From the IMG/VR virus record IMGVR_UViG_2671181040_000013: a DNA stretch of 41,035 nt; one strand, written 5' to 3'. The stretch comes from a virus. Its lineage: Duplodnaviria > Heunggongvirae > Uroviricota > Caudoviricetes. Numbering within the stretch: position 1 is the first letter of the stretch; each line of letters starts with the position of its first letter. Positions 9,697-18,467 of this stretch are shown piece after piece. The notes under the pieces are model-generated. The model saw nothing but the letters and a program-made list of their open reading frames with translations. It did not search any database and was not told the origin of the DNA. A program made the translations under genes and the position numbers.

Positions 9697-10998
9697 TCAG
9701 ATGAGGTCTGCGGTTAGCGTATCGTCGGATACGTCGTCGAAATCATTTACAGGGTTGATATTGAGTGCGGGGCGTGGGTCTGACTCGGGAACGACGGTGG
9801 GTTTACCATCAGCTCGTGTTATCAGTGCCTCGACTTTTGACCAACGGCGCGGACTGGCCTTTTTGATAAGTTTTTCGGCTTTTGTGGGACTAATAAGTTT
9901 AAAGTCGAATACTTCTTCAGTTTTGTACCTGAACTGGTCCTTCAGAAGTGCGCGAGCTGCCACTTCGTCACTCCAGGCCCGGTTACCTTGTTTTCCTGTT
10001 ACCAGTTTAAACCCCGGTACCGGATGTCCGGCATTGAGTTCATTGTGAACCCGGTCCCGTACTGCCTTTAGCCAGGATTCAATAAAGTCGGCCTGGCTAT
10101 AGATCTCTGCAAGCTGCTCAATGGTTAACAGAGGTACACGTGCGCTGGCATTGGTGATTATTTCGCTGACAGGCTTTGTCAGATCTTCAAAATCGCTGGC
10201 CGCTGTTTGTAAATGCTGCATTTTCTGGGCAGTGCAAATAGCTTTTGCTTTACAGAAGCGGCACTGTTTTTCTCCAGGTATGAAGTTTTCCAGCGGTAGT
10301 GTCTCAATGCCTTCGCATTCAGCAATATTGAGAACAAGGATCGCACTGGTTGCGGCCTCCAGTGCCCGTTCTCCGAAAGACTGAAGTTCCTGTACGGTTA
10401 ACGACCATTCTGAAACGTGGTTGAGCCTTGGTTGGTGAATAAATAATCTTACAGTTTCAAAGTCATACAGCATGCTGAATTGTTCAAGCGCACCCAGAGC
10501 ATACAGTTGTAGTTGCTCATTTTGTTCTGCATCAATGCGGACGCCTTTGCCATATTTCAGGTCGTGGATTTGTAATTCGTTACCAGCGATGATTATGCCG
10601 TCGGCAGTTCCGAAAGATTCTTCCACACCCGTTATATGTGAGAAATCAACACGTTGTTCAACCAATAGTTCATTATTCTTTGCAAGAGTCCAGACCGTAT
10701 CAACATACCGGCCGACGGCTTCGACCATTTCATCATCCACCTGTGGGCCAGATTTATCATCAGGATTTTCGCGAAGGGGGTATGAGCCGAGAAACATAGA
10801 AACATTGCATCCGGCGTAGTGTTCCGGGTGGCTTTGCCTGTTTCGTAGAACTTTTTCAGCAAGCGCGTGCGCTGCAGTGCCCTCGATTGCAAAAGTTGTT
10901 TCTTTATCCGGTTGTGTGGCCTCCAGCGCCAGACTTCCTGGGCAGCGCATCCATCGATGCGCTGATGATGGAGAAAGTTGTGCGTGAACGTCTGGCAT
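9697..10998 (-). CDS. PD-(D/E)XK / Cas4-like nuclease (DUF2800-like) with C-terminal Cys cluster
   Basis: [14 protein letters not shown] motif near N-terminus, [10 protein letters not shown] cluster, acidic C-terminal tail. Confidence 0.75.
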   Translation of the reverse strand: MPDVHAQLSPSSAHRWMRCPGSLALEATQPDKETTFAIEGTAAHALAEKVLRNRQSHPEHYAGCNVSMFLGSYPLRENPDDKSGPQVDDEMVEAVGRYVDTVWTLAKNNELLVEQRVDFSHITGVEESFGTADGIIIAGNELQIHDLKYGKGVRIDAEQNEQLQLYALGALEQFSMLYDFETVRLFIHQPRLNHVSEWSLTVQELQSFGERALEAATSAILVLNIAECEGIETLPLENFIPGEKQCRFCKAKAICTAQKMQHLQTAASDFEDLTKPVSEIITNASARVPLLTIEQLAEIYSQADFIESWLKAVRDRVHNELNAGHPVPGFKLVTGKQGNRAWSDEVAARALLKDQFRYKTEEVFDFKLISPTKAEKLIKKASPRRWSKVEALITRADGKPTVVPESDPRPALNINPVNDFDDVSDDTLTADLI

Positions 10999-11000
10999 GA

Positions 11001-11903
11001 TTAACCCTCCAGTGCTTTTTCAGCTAGGGTGATTACTTCAGCGAGATTTTCATCCGTTACTTCACCAAGTTTCCTGGCTCCCTGTTTTTCCAGAATTGCA
11101 ATAGCTTCTGCCCGGTAGCCCCCTTTTGCTAACTGGAGGATCAACCCTTCAGCTTGTTTGCGTAGTGCCGCGAAATCAATTGTATGGTCATCTTTGGCGT
11201 CATTATTCTGGCTGGAATTTGCTGCGTCTCTGCGTGCAAATTCTTCCTGCAGCTGAAGGTACTCAACACGGTTGATCTCGATATGGCCTTTTTTCAGCAT
11301 CTCGTTCAACTTGCGTAAGGTGTGGAGTTCACTGGCTGCTGTGCCGGATACATTTTTGACGTAAAACGGCCCCGTGCGTTCTCCATCCTTGTTACTGGCC
11401 TTTTTCGGCTTAACTTCATCACGCCCATCCGCAGGTGCATCAAGTAGCTGCTCGGCAAAAGCACGTCGCTCGCCGATGGTTGGCAGGTCGTCCCAGAACT
11501 TAAGGATGTTACGGGACAGGTCCAGGAGAGCAGGTTTAAGCAGCGCCCTGGCTCGTTTGACGCCCTGCAATGCGCTGTCGAGAGCATCAATCTGAACTAC
11601 TCGTTTATCGCCTTCAGCATCACGGTAGGCAACAGCACGTTGCAGCATGTCTTCTGTGATAGGGGTGGCTACCGGGTAGAAACCAGCCAGTGCGATAACG
11701 TCGCTGAACTCCAGATCATCCAGTGTCATTGCCGCTGACATATTTTCAGTTTCAGTTGCTGTATCCCGACATTCCTGCACTCGTGAAATCGTGTCAGGAT
11801 GCATAACAATGCCTGATGCCATTGTGCGGATAAGACGTTCAAGCAGCGCATTATGTTGTGCCAGAAGTTGATTATTAAGTTCTAGACTGGTTTCTAAACT
11901 CAT
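11001..11903 (-). CDS. Hypothetical phage early protein (300 aa)
   Basis: Long ORF overlapping neighbours by 4 bp in operon. Confidence 0.6.
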   Translation of the reverse strand: MSLETSLELNNQLLAQHNALLERLIRTMASGIVMHPDTISRVQECRDTATETENMSAAMTLDDLEFSDVIALAGFYPVATPITEDMLQRAVAYRDAEGDKRVVQIDALDSALQGVKRARALLKPALLDLSRNILKFWDDLPTIGERRAFAEQLLDAPADGRDEVKPKKASNKDGERTGPFYVKNVSGTAASELHTLRKLNEMLKKGHIEINRVEYLQLQEEFARRDAANSSQNNDAKDDHTIDFAALRKQAEGLILQLAKGGYRAEAIAILEKQGARKLGEVTDENLAEVITLAEKALEG

Positions 11904-12049
11904 ACTGTGGTCCTCGCTACAAGGAGAATGAAAGTGATGATCAGACCGAGCGCAGTGGCAACGGCCAGACCGGTCATCAAATCGAAGTTTTTACGGCGAT
12001 AACGGAGAACATCGCGCCCCGTCAGTCGATGGATGTGTTCAGGTTTCAT
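11900..12049 (-). CDS. Small membrane protein (about 49 aa)
   Basis: Start at MKPEH with AAGGAA RBS; C-terminal hydrophobic helix; ATGA overlap with downstream gene. Confidence 0.4.
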   Translation of the reverse strand: MKPEHIHRLTGRDVLRYRRKNFDLMTGLAVATALGLIITFILLVARTTV

Positions 12050-12108
12050 CGGTTGTATTCCTTTTTTCATATCGGGGAGCACGCTGTTGCGAGTGCGCTT
12101 TCAGACAT

Positions 12109-12134
12109 AAAAAAGCCCGTCACGTGAGGCGGGC
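12109..12134 (-). terminator. Candidate intrinsic terminator inside the leftward early operon
   Basis: On the minus strand, GC stem GCCCG...CGGGC followed by a run of six U, between the first early gene and the rest of the operon. Confidence 0.45.
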
Positions 12135-12165
12135 AAAGACTACACACAGCAATTACATGGATGAT

Positions 12166-12360
12166 TCAGTTGGTATTGTGCGTACGTGGTACCACAAGGT
12201 TGAAGCGGACACGCCAGTGCGTTGCAATGGTATGCAGGAAAGCACCACATCCAGGGCAGTGCTCATAACATTCGTTGATTTGGTATTGTTTTGGCTTTGG
12301 TGTCTGAAGCTGTGTTTGGCAAGCAAGGCATTCACCTTTGAGCGGTTTATACGTTTTCAC
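12166..12360 (-). CDS. Small Cys-rich zinc-ribbon-like protein (64 aa), first gene of leftward operon
   Basis: GTG start with GAGGAA RBS; CxxC ... CxxxCxxC spacing; basic. Confidence 0.5.
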   Translation of the reverse strand: MKTYKPLKGECLACQTQLQTPKPKQYQINECYEHCPGCGAFLHTIATHWRVRFNLVVPRTHNTN

Positions 12361-12667
12361 GCCGTTTCCTCATTCAGTTCACTTTGGTGGTTCGGCGGCT
12401 TCGACTTGTATCAGTAGACAGTGCTTCGCCAGTGGATTAGTAAAAGGCCAGAAGCCTTTGATTAATTCACTGCTCGCCCCATCGTCGGGGCGTTTCAATT
12501 TGCGTGACTTATCAGCTCGTCGCGGTGTTGTCCTCTACGCTTACCGTACGCATACGGACTCGGCGCTTACCTCGATCCCATCGGGTGCCATTTCATTTTG
12601 CCAGGAGTACTGCGGCTTACCTGTCACGCGGTTCAGTTTGTTAAAGAGCGATTACTTATTGCGATTA

Positions 12668-12702
12668 AAAATACAAGCAAACCTGTAAATGCGTCAACAG
12701 GT
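12668..12702 (-). promoter_or_regulatory. Candidate leftward early promoter/operator (PL/OL-like)
   Basis: Minus-strand TTGACG -35-like hexamer; inverted repeat ACCTGT-N10-ACAGGT (12681-12702); 17-mer TACAAGCAAACCTGTAA (12672-12688) repeated at 13502-13518. Confidence 0.4.
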
Positions 12703-12750
12703 ATTTTGGTAAAAAATGCATTATTAACCTAATTACTTGTTTTCACAGGT

Positions 12751-12777
12751 AATAAAAAAGAGGGCCTAAGCCCTCTT
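12751..12777 (-). terminator. Intrinsic terminator downstream of the repressor gene (potentially bidirectional)
   Basis: Stem AAGAGGGC/GCCCTCTT with CTAA loop, flanked by an A-run on one side and T-rich tract on the other. Confidence 0.6.
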
Positions 12778-12798
12778 TGTTTAGTAGTCAGGATGCGA

Positions 12799-13428
12799 TT
12801 ATCTTTTTCTGCGGAATATGCGATGTTCTACCATTGTCCCTATGATCTTAATTGGTTTTTCCCAGGAGCGACAAATAGGGTAATCACTATTCAATGGAAC
12901 AAGTTCAAAGTCTTCCTCACCCTTAGCGCCAATCCCTATCGGGCGGTATTTTTTGAACGTTGCTTCGTGGCTACCGTTACATGCCGCAACGAATTCACCA
13001 GGAGTAGGGTATACGTCAGTGTCAATTATAACGATGTCCCCCTCTTTAAATTCAGGTTCCATTGAATCCCCACGTATACGTAGCGCAAATGAACTTTCTG
13101 ATAGCTCAGCCGTGGTGAGAATGTATTCGAAATCACCTTCTTCACGAAGTAGTTCAGCGCTTGTGAAAGCCCCTGCTTGTACGTAGCTTAGAACAGGCAC
13201 CCTTCGGGCTCCGTAGTTGAAATCTGTAACAACATCGCCCCCAAGAAGTAGCCATTTAGGATCGCATTCAAGAGCTGACGCTAAAGCAAGAAGATTGCGT
13301 GGTTTAAGTGTTTTCCCATTCTCTATAGCTTCAATCGACTGCTGGCTAATGCCCGCTCGTTTCGCAACTTCGACCTGAGTTAAGTTTAGTTCTGTTCTGC
13401 GTTTTTTAGCTCGGTTGGCAAGATTCAT
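12799..13428 (-). CDS. CI-like repressor (HTH plus S24/LexA-type autopeptidase domain)
   Basis: N-terminal HTH (LTQVEVAKRAGISQQSIEAIENG); C-terminal S24 motifs (GDSM ... K); AAGGAG RBS before ATG at 13428. Confidence 0.85.
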   Translation of the reverse strand: MNLANRAKKRRTELNLTQVEVAKRAGISQQSIEAIENGKTLKPRNLLALASALECDPKWLLLGGDVVTDFNYGARRVPVLSYVQAGAFTSAELLREEGDFEYILTTAELSESSFALRIRGDSMEPEFKEGDIVIIDTDVYPTPGEFVAACNGSHEATFKKYRPIGIGAKGEEDFELVPLNSDYPICRSWEKPIKIIGTMVEHRIFRRKR

Positions 13429-13453
13429 GTTGACTCCTTTTCTGTCATTGATG

Positions 13454-13518
13454 ATTACAGATACCTCTGTATTTGACAAACAAGGTTGCCTGTGAGGTAA
13501 TTACAAGTAAACCTGTAA
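13454..13518. promoter_or_regulatory. Divergent PRM/PR-like promoters with operator repeats
   Basis: Rightward TTGACA (13472-13477) -N17- GGTAAT (13495-13500); leftward -35 TTGTTT and -10 TGTAAT on the minus strand (plus coordinates 13478-13483 and 13454-13459); 17-mer TACAAGTAAACCTGTAA at 13502-13518. Confidence 0.5.
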
Positions 13519-13535
13519 TAATGAGGGCTTACTCA

Positions 13536-13760
13536 ATGACCAGTTCTACCCTTGCTTCACGTATAAAGGAGCGCCGCAAAGCTTTAGGTATAACCCAAAC
13601 TTCATTGGCTGAAAGTGTTGGCATGCGTCAGCAGTCTGTTCAATACCTTGAGTCCGGACGCGCCACCCGTACCGGTTTCATCCTTGAATTGGCAAAAGTT
13701 CTGAAATGCGATCCTGACTGGCTATTAAACGGCGAAAATTCAGAGCAGCAAAAGGTGTAA
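13536..13760 (+). CDS. Cro-like HTH regulator
   Basis: 74-aa protein with HTH (ITQTSLAESVGMRQQSVQYLESG), divergent from the repressor; GAGGG RBS. Confidence 0.7.
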   Translation: MTSSTLASRIKERRKALGITQTSLAESVGMRQQSVQYLESGRATRTGFILELAKVLKCDPDWLLNGENSEQQKV

Positions 13761-13763
13761 CCC

Positions 13764-16028
13764 ATGTCTGATAACAAACCATGGGGAGCTACGCCCGATG
13801 AATGGTTCCACTTCGATCTGGTGTTGGGGATGACAGACAGGCTTTTACCTGTGGTGTCCAATCCCTGTGCAGAACTGTCGCCTAATAGCAAGCTGTCTCA
13901 TAATTTCGGCAAAACACCCAGTCGCTACAATGGCCAACGTAAGGTTGTTGGTATCCCCGACTGGGCTAACTATGTTGTTACGGAAAACGATTTTGCCCGG
14001 TGGTCGAACGAACCCGATTACGGTATTTGCGTTCGTACTGGCGACGGGGTGGTGGCTCTGGACTGCGATATCAATGACGCCGGGATGCAGGAGATCGTAC
14101 GCAATATTATCCTGTCATGCCTGGGGGAACTTCCGCCACGTCGCTGGCGGGCTGACAGTCATAAATGCCTGTACCTGATTGCTGTTGATGGCGACTACCG
14201 TAAACGTGGTCACCGCCTGGAAGGCGAAAATAAACAAATAGAGCTGCTCGCTAAGGGCCAGCAGTTTGTGGCTTGTGGTACCCATCCGGCAGGCGAACGT
14301 ATTCAGTGGGACTGCGGTTTGCCCGGCGAACCTCTGAAAATTACATCTGAACAGCTCGAAAGCCTGTGGCAGCGCCTGGCGGATAACTTACCCGTGAAAG
14401 ACAGCTATACCGCAGGTGCGGGACGTCAGCGTGACCTTTCCTGTGTCGATCCTTCCGCGACAGATGATGTCGCCGACTGGCTTGACGCGAACGGGTGGAC
14501 TCTGTCGGTCAGCTCTGATGGTTCCCGCAATCTGAAACCGTTTCGGGATGAGTCAGAATACAGCAACGGTTGCAGCGAAACATCCATTAAGTATTTCCCA
14601 AAAGGGACGGGGGGATTTGAACAGGGACATTTTAAAAGCATGCACAACACCGATGCGGGGCTTACTGATGCCGACTGGCTGGAAGGCTACGGCTATACGC
14701 AATCTCTGTTCGAAGATCTCACGGTGGCTGAAGATGGCGATAAGCCTGAATTTACCGATATTAATACAGATATGACAGCCCATTTTCTGGAACGCTTTAT
14801 CTACGTCATCGAGGGTGACCAGGTATGTGATCTTAGCCGACCGCCATATCAGTGTATGATGGATATGAAGTCGTTCAAAAACCTGATGGCGCCTTACCAG
14901 TTCCCGCCAGAAGGGAAAGGACAACCAATTCCCGCAACCAAACGGTGGATAGAGCATCGGCATAAAAAGATTGCTGAGACGACAGGCTATAAGCCCGGTG
15001 CGGGACGTATTATCGAGCGTTTCGACGGGCGGTTTGAGATAAACGAATTTTATATGCCTGAGCATCCACGTACAGCGGATACAAGTAAGGTGTCCACGTT
15101 CCTTAATCATATGGCGTATCTGGTACCTGATGCCTGGCAGCGCGAGTTTTTCATCGCCCGTCTGGGGTGGATGGTTCAGCGTCCGGAGCGTCGATGCCCG
15201 ATTTCTATTCTGCATGTGGCTACCGCACATGGTACGGGCAGAGGATGGGTCAGCCAGTTAATGGAGCGCGTGCTTGGTCCGTGGAACTGTGCTCGTACTC
15301 GCATGAAGATCCTGTGCGATAACCAGTTCCATGACTATCTGTACAATACGCTTCTATGCACCATTGACGAGGTGCGCGAAAACGATAAGCGGTATGAGGT
15401 GAACGATAAGATCCGCGATGTGCTGACAGAACCACGGTTTGAAGTGAACCGCAAATATGGCAGCAAAAAAACGATGGATATATACACCGGCTTTCTGTTC
15501 TACACCAACCACTTTGATGCGCTGGCGCTGCCAGAGGAAGACAGACGTATCGCTGTGCTTGGTGGCCCTGACTTCGCCGCAACTGAAGAGCATTACGCCA
15601 GCCTGTACGGTGCGCTAAGCGACAGCGACTTTATCGCCCAGGTGTACTGGTATCTGATGGGCGTTGACCTGTCTCGCTTTAACTGGCAGCGCGCCCCCGA
15701 GACGAAAGAACGCCTTCTGATGATTGAAAGCAATAAGAGCGATGTGGAGGCTGCTCTTATTGAAATCCTGGATAATCCGCCTGTGCCAGCAATGACTTAT
15801 CAACAAATTGTTAACGCAATACTGGCAGAAGCAGGAATGGATGTAGAAATTAACCAGAAGCACATAACAAAGCTATTGCGAGAAAAAACAAAAAGGCAGC
15901 CAACAGATTTAGTAAAAATTGACGGAATGGGTTATCGCTTCTGGATACTTGCAAAAAATTGCGACTTCAATAATGAGGAATTGCGCGAAATATATAAAAC
16001 TTGCGAAATTTTGCAATCTGGATTGTAA
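13764..16028 (+). CDS. Phage DNA primase (prim-pol-like N-terminal domain, primase/helicase-like C-terminal region)
   Basis: 754-aa ORF after cro; acidic DxD-type motif (VALDCDINDAG); position and size typical of phage primases. Confidence 0.7.
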   Translation: MSDNKPWGATPDEWFHFDLVLGMTDRLLPVVSNPCAELSPNSKLSHNFGKTPSRYNGQRKVVGIPDWANYVVTENDFARWSNEPDYGICVRTGDGVVALDCDINDAGMQEIVRNIILSCLGELPPRRWRADSHKCLYLIAVDGDYRKRGHRLEGENKQIELLAKGQQFVACGTHPAGERIQWDCGLPGEPLKITSEQLESLWQRLADNLPVKDSYTAGAGRQRDLSCVDPSATDDVADWLDANGWTLSVSSDGSRNLKPFRDESEYSNGCSETSIKYFPKGTGGFEQGHFKSMHNTDAGLTDADWLEGYGYTQSLFEDLTVAEDGDKPEFTDINTDMTAHFLERFIYVIEGDQVCDLSRPPYQCMMDMKSFKNLMAPYQFPPEGKGQPIPATKRWIEHRHKKIAETTGYKPGAGRIIERFDGRFEINEFYMPEHPRTADTSKVSTFLNHMAYLVPDAWQREFFIARLGWMVQRPERRCPISILHVATAHGTGRGWVSQLMERVLGPWNCARTRMKILCDNQFHDYLYNTLLCTIDEVRENDKRYEVNDKIRDVLTEPRFEVNRKYGSKKTMDIYTGFLFYTNHFDALALPEEDRRIAVLGGPDFAATEEHYASLYGALSDSDFIAQVYWYLMGVDLSRFNWQRAPETKERLLMIESNKSDVEAALIEILDNPPVPAMTYQQIVNAILAEAGMDVEINQKHITKLLREKTKRQPTDLVKIDGMGYRFWILAKNCDFNNEELREIYKTCEILQSGL

Positions 16029-16031
16029 GAA

Positions 16032-16293
16032 GGTAACAGTAAGGTAACAGTAAAACGACTAACTGTTACCTTGAAAATATAAATAAATTCATATGGATAA
16101 CTAAAAAAGGTAACAGGTAACAGTAGTATTTAATTTATATATGCGAGACTTTATATTATACGTGCTATACCTGCACATATGTATATAGAACTAAAAGCAA
16201 CTGTTACCTGTTACCCAAAACGGGGTTAAGCCTTATGTGGCGCGCCCTACAGGAGGTAACAGTTAGCTATTTATCTGTTACCTTACTGTTACC
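16032..16293. repeat. Iteron array: 10 copies of GGTAACAG/CTGTTACC around an AT-rich core (candidate origin)
   Basis: GGTAACAG at 16032, 16043, 16109, 16116, 16255; CTGTTACC at 16063, 16201, 16208, 16275, 16286; AT-rich stretch 16124-16200. Confidence 0.6.
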
Positions 16294-16344
16294 TCAACAA
16301 TAAACTTGCAGAAAACTGCAAATAGCTAAGTGGAGTAAACAAAC

Positions 16345-16764
16345 ATGCAAAAAATACAAGTTTCAAAAATGATAGAAAATGAAACAGCGGAACCGGGAGA
16401 AGCATCCACGGCCATACGTTCAGTGGAAGCCGAGACAACCCGAAGGTTTTGGGTCGTAGAGCCCATTATTGACAGGGATCAGACTCCCGCAGGTGAGGTT
16501 TTTTGGTTCCGCAGGGTGATTGCCTGGGCTGTTGTTCTTGAGCAACTGGAGGGTTTCTCACCGGTTTCTGCGGTACGTCCGCTTGCTCTGGATAGCGATC
16601 TGGGTCAACTGGAGGTTTCCCACGGCAACGTTGTTGAGCTGGAAGATATTCCAAAGGGCGCGACACACACTTCCCCGGAGAAAATAGCATCTCGCAAACT
16701 GCCTGATGGGTTAGAGATGTCGTTAGACCTTGTGGTAAACGAGTTCTTCTTCCCTGTTGGGTGA
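16345..16764 (+). CDS. Hypothetical acidic protein (139 aa)
   Basis: ORF with GGAG RBS between iteron region and Q-like gene. Confidence 0.55.
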   Translation: MQKIQVSKMIENETAEPGEASTAIRSVEAETTRRFWVVEPIIDRDQTPAGEVFWFRRVIAWAVVLEQLEGFSPVSAVRPLALDSDLGQLEVSHGNVVELEDIPKGATHTSPEKIASRKLPDGLEMSLDLVVNEFFFPVG

Positions 16765-16812
16765 TAATCTTAGAAAAGTTTTTCCGTAACAAAACGTAGA
16801 GAGCAGATAACT

Positions 16813-17235
16813 ATGCGCAGAGATATGCAACTTGTTCTGGAGCGGTGGGGGCGATGGGCCGCGAGCGAGGAATACTGTTCAATGGTTGACTGGCCTTCGA
16901 TGTCGGTGATGCCTCAACGCGTAACCGCCAGCGGCAAACCCGGTTGCTCCGACGAGGACGGAGCCGCAATTGACACCTGCATCGCCCACATGAGCATGGT
17001 GTGTCCGCATGACGACTTGCTGGTTCTTGGCCTACGTTTCATCGGCGGCTTTTCTACGCGCTCAATCGCTGAATCTGTGAATCGTAGCCACCTTAGCGTC
17101 AGAACATCGCTTAGAGCGTCAGAGGCATTTCTTGAGGGAGCGCTGGTGCTCCAGGGAATTCGACTGGATATGGACCCTGAAGTTGCTTTACCTGAAAAGG
17201 TTGTGTGCGCACAAAAACATGTGCTATGGTTGTAG
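16813..17235 (+). CDS. Q-like late antitermination protein
   Basis: N-terminus MRRDMQLVLERWGRWAA resembles lambdoid Q-family proteins as I remember them; Cys/His-rich centre; located just upstream of lysis genes. Confidence 0.6.
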   Translation: MRRDMQLVLERWGRWAASEEYCSMVDWPSMSVMPQRVTASGKPGCSDEDGAAIDTCIAHMSMVCPHDDLLVLGLRFIGGFSTRSIAESVNRSHLSVRTSLRASEAFLEGALVLQGIRLDMDPEVALPEKVVCAQKHVLWL

Positions 17236-17264
17236 CATCTAGAATTGTATTCTACGTTCTGAAA

Positions 17265-17291
17265 GGCTCCGCTAACCCCGGAGCCTTTTTT
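17265..17291 (+). terminator. Intrinsic terminator just downstream of Q
   Basis: GGCTCCG-CTAACCC-CGGAGCC followed by TTTTTT. Confidence 0.5.
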
Positions 17292-17521
17292 CTTACCCCA
17301 TTCTGGGGAAAAGCTAATAAAACAGGGTTTTCGTCGCGAAAAAACGCTATGCAGTTTTTGCCCTTTTTTATGCACCTTTTATTCACTCGAATTTCGTCAT
17401 TCTGGACCACTTAAGTTGATTAAATAGGCCTTTCATCGCAAATCTATTGCGAGCGGTGATCGTGTGGTTCCTATAACGTACATTATGTTAAATAACCTCC
17501 TTTTTTAACAAATTTAACAAG

Positions 17522-17545
17522 GTTCGCTATGGCGAACTTTTTTTG
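17522..17545 (+). terminator. Intrinsic terminator upstream of lysis genes (tR'-like candidate)
   Basis: GTTCGC-TATG-GCGAAC stem-loop followed by eight T. Confidence 0.55.
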
Positions 17546-17645
17546 TATTCAGGGCCCACCGAAGGACGGCTCATAACCCAATCCTACGGGCGTATACGCA
17601 GGGCCCGCCTTTCAACAACACCCCGTAATGGCGGAGGTGGGAAGT

Positions 17646-17987
17646 ATGAAAATGCACAATGCTCCTCATTCCTGGCCTGACTTACTGGAACTCTTACAAA
17701 GTTGGTGGCGTGGAGACACACCGCTGGGCGCAGTGATTATGTCGATCGTTATGGCTGGTTTGCGCATCGCCTATTTTGGCGGTGGTGGTGGCTGGAAGCG
17801 AAAAACGCTCGAGATTTTGCTATGTGGTGCTCTGACGCTGACCTTTGCATCCGCTCTTGAGTATGTCGGATGGCCTAAATCGCTTTCTGTTGCCATTGGT
17901 GGTGGCGTGGGGCTGATCGGTGTCGATGCTATTCGTGGGGCTGCAATGCGAGTAATCGGTAACAAATTTGGTAGATCGAAGGAGTAA
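17646..17987 (+). CDS. Holin with dual-start (MKM) motif
   Basis: GGAGG RBS; N-terminus MKMHN; hydrophobic segments; immediately upstream of endolysin. Confidence 0.7.
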   Translation: MKMHNAPHSWPDLLELLQSWWRGDTPLGAVIMSIVMAGLRIAYFGGGGGWKRKTLEILLCGALTLTFASALEYVGWPKSLSVAIGGGVGLIGVDAIRGAAMRVIGNKFGRSKE

Positions 17988-17990
17988 TTT

Positions 17991-18467
17991 ATGCAGGCAC
18001 TAAATTCACAGCGTAAAGCTTTCCTGGATATGGTGGCATGGTCAGAAGGAACGGATAACGGGCGACAACCGACACGTAACCACGGTTATGATGTTATTGT
18101 TGGTGGCGAACTGTTCACTGATTACTCCGATCACCCCCGCAAACTTGTCACGCTAAACCCCAAACTCAAATCAACAGCCGCCGGACGTTACCAGCTTCTT
18201 TCACGCTGGTGGGATGCTTACCGTAAACAGCTTGGCCTGAAAGATTTTTCGCCAGAAAGTCAGGACGCTGTGGCGCTGCAGCAGATTAAAGAGCGTGGCG
18301 CTTTACCGATGATTGACCGTGGCGATATTCGTCAGGCAATCGACCGTTGCAGCAATATCTGGGCGTCGTTACCTGGTGCAGGTTACGGTCAGTATGAACA
18401 TAAAATCGGTGACCTGATTGCCCGATTTAAAAAAGCTGGCGGAACGGTCAGAGAGATTGAGGTATGA
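17991..18467 (+). CDS. R: Endolysin, lambda R-type lytic transglycosylase
   Basis: Translation ([46 protein letters not shown]...) nearly matches lambda R as I recall it. Confidence 0.9.
   Translation: MQALNSQRKAFLDMVAWSEGTDNGRQPTRNHGYDVIVGGELFTDYSDHPRKLVTLNPKLKSTAAGRYQLLSRWWDAYRKQLGLKDFSPESQDAVALQQIKERGALPMIDRGDIRQAIDRCSNIWASLPGAGYGQYEHKIGDLIARFKKAGGTVREIEV

Noticed and set aside
12338-12688. 116-aa plus-strand ORF spanning the leader of the leftward early operon
   Set aside because: No RBS, overlaps the putative operator/promoter and the 5' end of the zinc-ribbon gene, and is oriented against the local transcription direction; more likely untranslated leader.
14553-15230. 225-aa antisense ORF inside the primase gene
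   Set aside because: Lies antisense within a long, well-supported gene; no RBS; Cys/His/Arg-rich low-complexity translation.
16029-16344. Repeat cluster considered as a CRISPR array
   Set aside because: Repeats are only 8-11 bp, occur in both orientations with irregular spacing, and lack uniform spacers; an iteron/origin interpretation fits better.
17290-17645. Possible tRNA gene between Q and the holin, as in some lambdoid phages
   Set aside because: No segment can be folded by eye into a cloverleaf with a conserved T-loop (GTTCRA-like) and acceptor stem; the GGTTCGC hairpin at 17522 is followed by a T-run and reads as a terminator.
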